Source of the DNA: Amoebidium appalachense
Taxonomy: Eukaryota > Protista > Ichthyosporea
Length of the DNA stretch: 55,273 nt
Direction of reading: 5' to 3'
Assembly: GCA_963693365.1 (NCBI GenBank)
Contig: CAVNZM010000013.1
Span: forward strand, 2,762,949-2,818,221
Shown piece after piece: positions 51,758 to 55,273 of this stretch (positions are counted from its first letter, which is position 1; every line of letters begins with the position of its first letter). The notes beneath the pieces are model-generated. The model was not told where the DNA came from and ran no database searches. It saw nothing but the letters and a program-made list of their open reading frames with translations. The translations under genes were made by a program, and so were the position numbers.

Positions 51758-52737
51758 TGTCATCTTCACTTAATTCTCAGCAAGACTTAGAAGTTGAGTT
51801 TGGTATTTATTTATTAGTTGTTGTAGTTTGTTTCCTTTTCCTTTCTTCATTTCTTTCTTTCTTTTCCGTTTCCGTGTACACGACATCTTAGATCTGTGTA
51901 CGTATCGACATACTTAGCTCGCGCACACGTATTGTCGTTTGCGTCAAAATCTATATATGTCATCCAATCATATCTCGTTTGTATTTTCCCAAATATAGTA
52001 ACTTACATTCCTTTCTCATTCCTTTCCCACGACGTAGCATTGTGCTATGTTCTTCAACTATTAGGAATAATTATATTTAGACGTGTTATGATAAGAACAT
52101 GTATAAATATATGTTATGAATTAATAGTTACATAAGTGGTTTCATTTTGTTAAATGTTTCCGTGCTTTTATTAGAAGTTTCTTTCATTAGAGGATTGAGT
52201 TTTATATTCTATGTGTCGACAGACATTTTAATCGATATATTTTACACTCATAGTTTTCGTCCTTTTGATTGGTTTATCGTTTCACATTCCCAAGTATAAA
52301 AGGGACCTCATCTTGAAATAAATCATAAGCAGTCGTATTCACTTCCTATGGTTCCAGAAATCGTTCCTCCTCTCCGGTTGTGTTTTTCCCGTGTGTCTTT
52401 GTGTTGTGTTTTACATAACACCCATCTGGGCCCATAACCTGTTATTTTGTGTGGGTAAACGGAGAAGCGGCCGCCGCCCACATGTGCACATGTAGGCCGA
52501 AGCCACCATGCCAAAAGCGTCACCAATGTCGCCAGCGAGGGCCTCCGCAGCTGCCAGGTTCGCACCGGACCAAACACATTGCAGTCCGTTACCACAACAC
52601 GAAGGACTACATCAAGAGTGGGGATGTGGTCGTCACCTACGTGTCCAGCAAAGACAACGTGGCTGACATCTTCACCAAGCCCCTGCCCGGGCCCTCCCAC
52701 GAGCAACACCGTGATTCACTCAGTCTTCATGACTAAG

Positions 52738-52773
<36 letters not shown>

Positions 52774-53962
52774 TCATCTACAGTGGTCTTCAAGTAGGTT
52801 GGGGCCCTGGCCAGTGGTCTACACATCACCGTGTAGAGACACCTCCCAACGAAAGTCTACTGCTGTCTTCATCGATCTTCAGTGTGTGCATCTTCAGTGG
52901 GGATTTCTTCTCCACCATCCGTCGTTTATTTATATACCACCATATATATAATGTATTTATCATTAGCCACCAACACGTCACACATACACTAGTTGTTTCT
53001 TCTATATATATTTATATATCACGTCATTGGCTACCGTCATCTTCCGAGTCTTCAGAGGCAACCGTCGTTGTGTGCTTCTTCCGTTTTGGTTTTCTTCCCC
53101 GGCTTACACCTTCAAGTCTTCTCCATTGTCTTCTCGAGTGGGGAAACTTGACTGTGACTTCACGGCACCTACTTCTACATGTGTGAAAGTCTTAACATCA
53201 ACAGTCACATCAACAAACTTCACGAGAACCCAACTTCCAACCCTTGAGTGGGGATGTCATCTTCACTTAATTCTCAGCAAGACTTAGAAGTTGAGTTTGG
53301 TATTTATTTATTAGTTGTTGTAGTTTGTTTCCTTTTCCTTTCTTCATTTCTTTCTTTCTTTTCCGTTTCCGTGTACACGACATCTTAGATCTGTGTACGT
53401 ATCGACATACTTAGCTCGCGCACACGTATTGTCGTTTGCGTCAAAATCTATATATGTCATCCAATCATATCTCGTTTGTATTTTCCCAAATATAGTAACT
53501 TACATTCCTTTCTCATTCCTTTCCCACGACGTAGCATTGTGCTATGTTCTTCAACTATTAGGAATAATTATATTTAGACGTGTTATGATAAGAACATGTA
53601 TAAATATATGTTATGAATTAATAGTTACATAAGTGGTTTCATTTTGTTAAATGTTTCCGTGCTTTTATTAGAAGTTTCTTTCATTAGAGGATTGAGTTTT
53701 ATATTCTATGTGTCGACAGACATTTTAATCGATATATTTTACACTCATAGTTTTCGTCCTTTTGATTGGTTTATCGTTTCACATTCCCAAGTATAAAAGG
53801 GACCTCATCTTGAAATAAATCATAAGCAGTCGTATTCACTTCCTATGGTTCCAGAAATCGTTCCTCCTCTCCGGTTGTGTTTTTCCCGTGTGTCTTTGTG
53901 TTGTGTTTTACATAACACCCATCTGTGCCCTCTGCTTCTCCGTTTACCCACACAAAATAACA
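51758..53962 (+). mobile_element. Internally deleted copia (family 2) with two near-identical LTRs
   Basis: 5' LTR 51758-~52426, 3' LTR 53255-53962, PPT gagtgggga, TSD GGTAT (51753-57, 53963-67), RNase H tail HRTKHIAVRYH..ADIFTKPL at 52562-52736. Confidence 0.9.
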
Positions 53963-54289
53963 GGTATGGGTTCTCCCATTGCCTCGGCTGCCTGTCGGAT
54001 GGTGGCCTCCAGCCTTACCCACAGTGCCCATCGCAGATCCAGAAGCGCCTGCAGCACCGGAAATGAAGCAACACGTAAGCATTGCACTAAAAAGTATATT
54101 GGTTGTGCAGAATATAGTAAAATTGCAAGGTGTTGAGATGTAGGTTGAAAAAATGTCGAATTTGGAGGGGGGGGGGGGGGGGGGGGGGGGGAATTCACCA
54201 CAATGCCCAGGTTTCAGCCACGAGTAGTGGGACATGTACATGGGGGAGGGAGTTGATATTTAGTAACTTTTTCGGGCAGAGGGGTGGAT

Positions 54290-54320
<31 letters not shown>

Positions 54321-55121
54321 CTATGTTTTGGTAACATTCATTAGCAGAACCTCGGCCCAGGTATCAGGTGGATAGGGGGGTAGGAGGGAGGAGGAGGGGG
54401 CCGGGGCCCGGGGGCCGGGGGGTAGGAGGGAGGAGGAGGGGGCCGGGGGGGGGGGGGGGGGGGATGGGGGGGGGGGGGGGGGGGGGGGGGAGTTAAAGTG
54501 CGATGATCCTGTGTGCGGCCAGGTTGGCGAGTTTAGGGGGGATGATCTAACGGGGGGATGCTCTTTGGGGAGTGGGGACATGGGGAGTTGACTGGCGTGT
54601 GGGTGGGTAGGTAGAAAGCAGGGGGGAGGGGGGGGGGGGGCGCCGGGGGGGGGGGGGGGTATGGAGAGGGGGAGGGGGGGGGCGGCGGGGGGGGGGGGGG
54701 GGGGGGGGGAGCATCGAGGGGAGGGAGGGCTTACCCTCCTGGTGTAAATCTTCTGCGGAAGCTTCTTCAGCTCTGAGAGCTGGCTTGTCTCCAGCTCCTT
54801 TTCCAAGAGCTCAATGACCTCGTGTGTGGGCAGAAACTCGATGCCCCTAAAGATGGTGGGCCTCAGATCATTTGATTGGACCTTGAGGTCAGGCTTCTTC
54901 TTGTGTGGGTCGAATCCACCGTCAGCATGGTGCTCATAGATCTGGAAAGTTATATGTAAGTTTCTTTACCATGTCAAAAAAATTGGGGGTTGGTATGCCA
55001 TGAGCACAGGTGTACCGTTTGCAGATCAAATGTAACACTTAATAACCATACACAAAACACCCTGAGGCTCCAAAATAAAGATGTATAGCGTAAAAAGAGC
55101 ACAACTCAGTGACGACGCAAT

Positions 55122-55273
55122 GGTTTTATTTGTGGAAATTATTGACATAAATATTTTTCTGGGTAAACACGTAGGATGGGTGTTCGATACCAACATAACC
55201 ATGTAGGCTTCATTTCGTGTTTTAGCAGTTAGCGGTTGGCTGCCCTCACACGGGCACCTATTAGCCAATCAAA
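55122..55273 (+). mobile_element. Start of another Ngaro A repeat (copy 8), runs off the window
   Basis: Matches the first 152 bp of A. Confidence 0.9.

Overview
Eukaryotic, repeat-saturated window (GT-AG introns, (CA)n/(GA)n microsatellites, long G/C runs) made almost entirely of nested transposons. The dominant family is an Ngaro-type tyrosine-recombinase (YR) retrotransposon with split direct repeats A1-gag-RT/RNaseH-YR-B1-A2-spacer-B2, present as 8 full, partial, deleted or solo copies. Also present: a circularly permuted one-LTR Ty1/copia element wedged precisely between an Ngaro B and an Ngaro A repeat; a second deleted copia with a 5-bp TSD; a complete P-element/THAP9-like transposon (29-bp TIRs, 7-bp TSD); a 9.2-kb non-coding TIR element with a 2-bp TSD carrying a ~184-bp satellite. 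Removing the nested insertions reveals a minus-strand, multi-exon gene spanning about 54941 to 22078 that encodes a bacterial-type beta-class amino-(N4C/N6A) DNA methyltransferase-like protein, now disrupted. The Ngaro copies also show one phase-1 splice donor in gag with two phase-matched acceptors, ahead of pol and YR. All calls are by eye; many 1-bp frameshifts lie in homopolymers and may be assembly errors.
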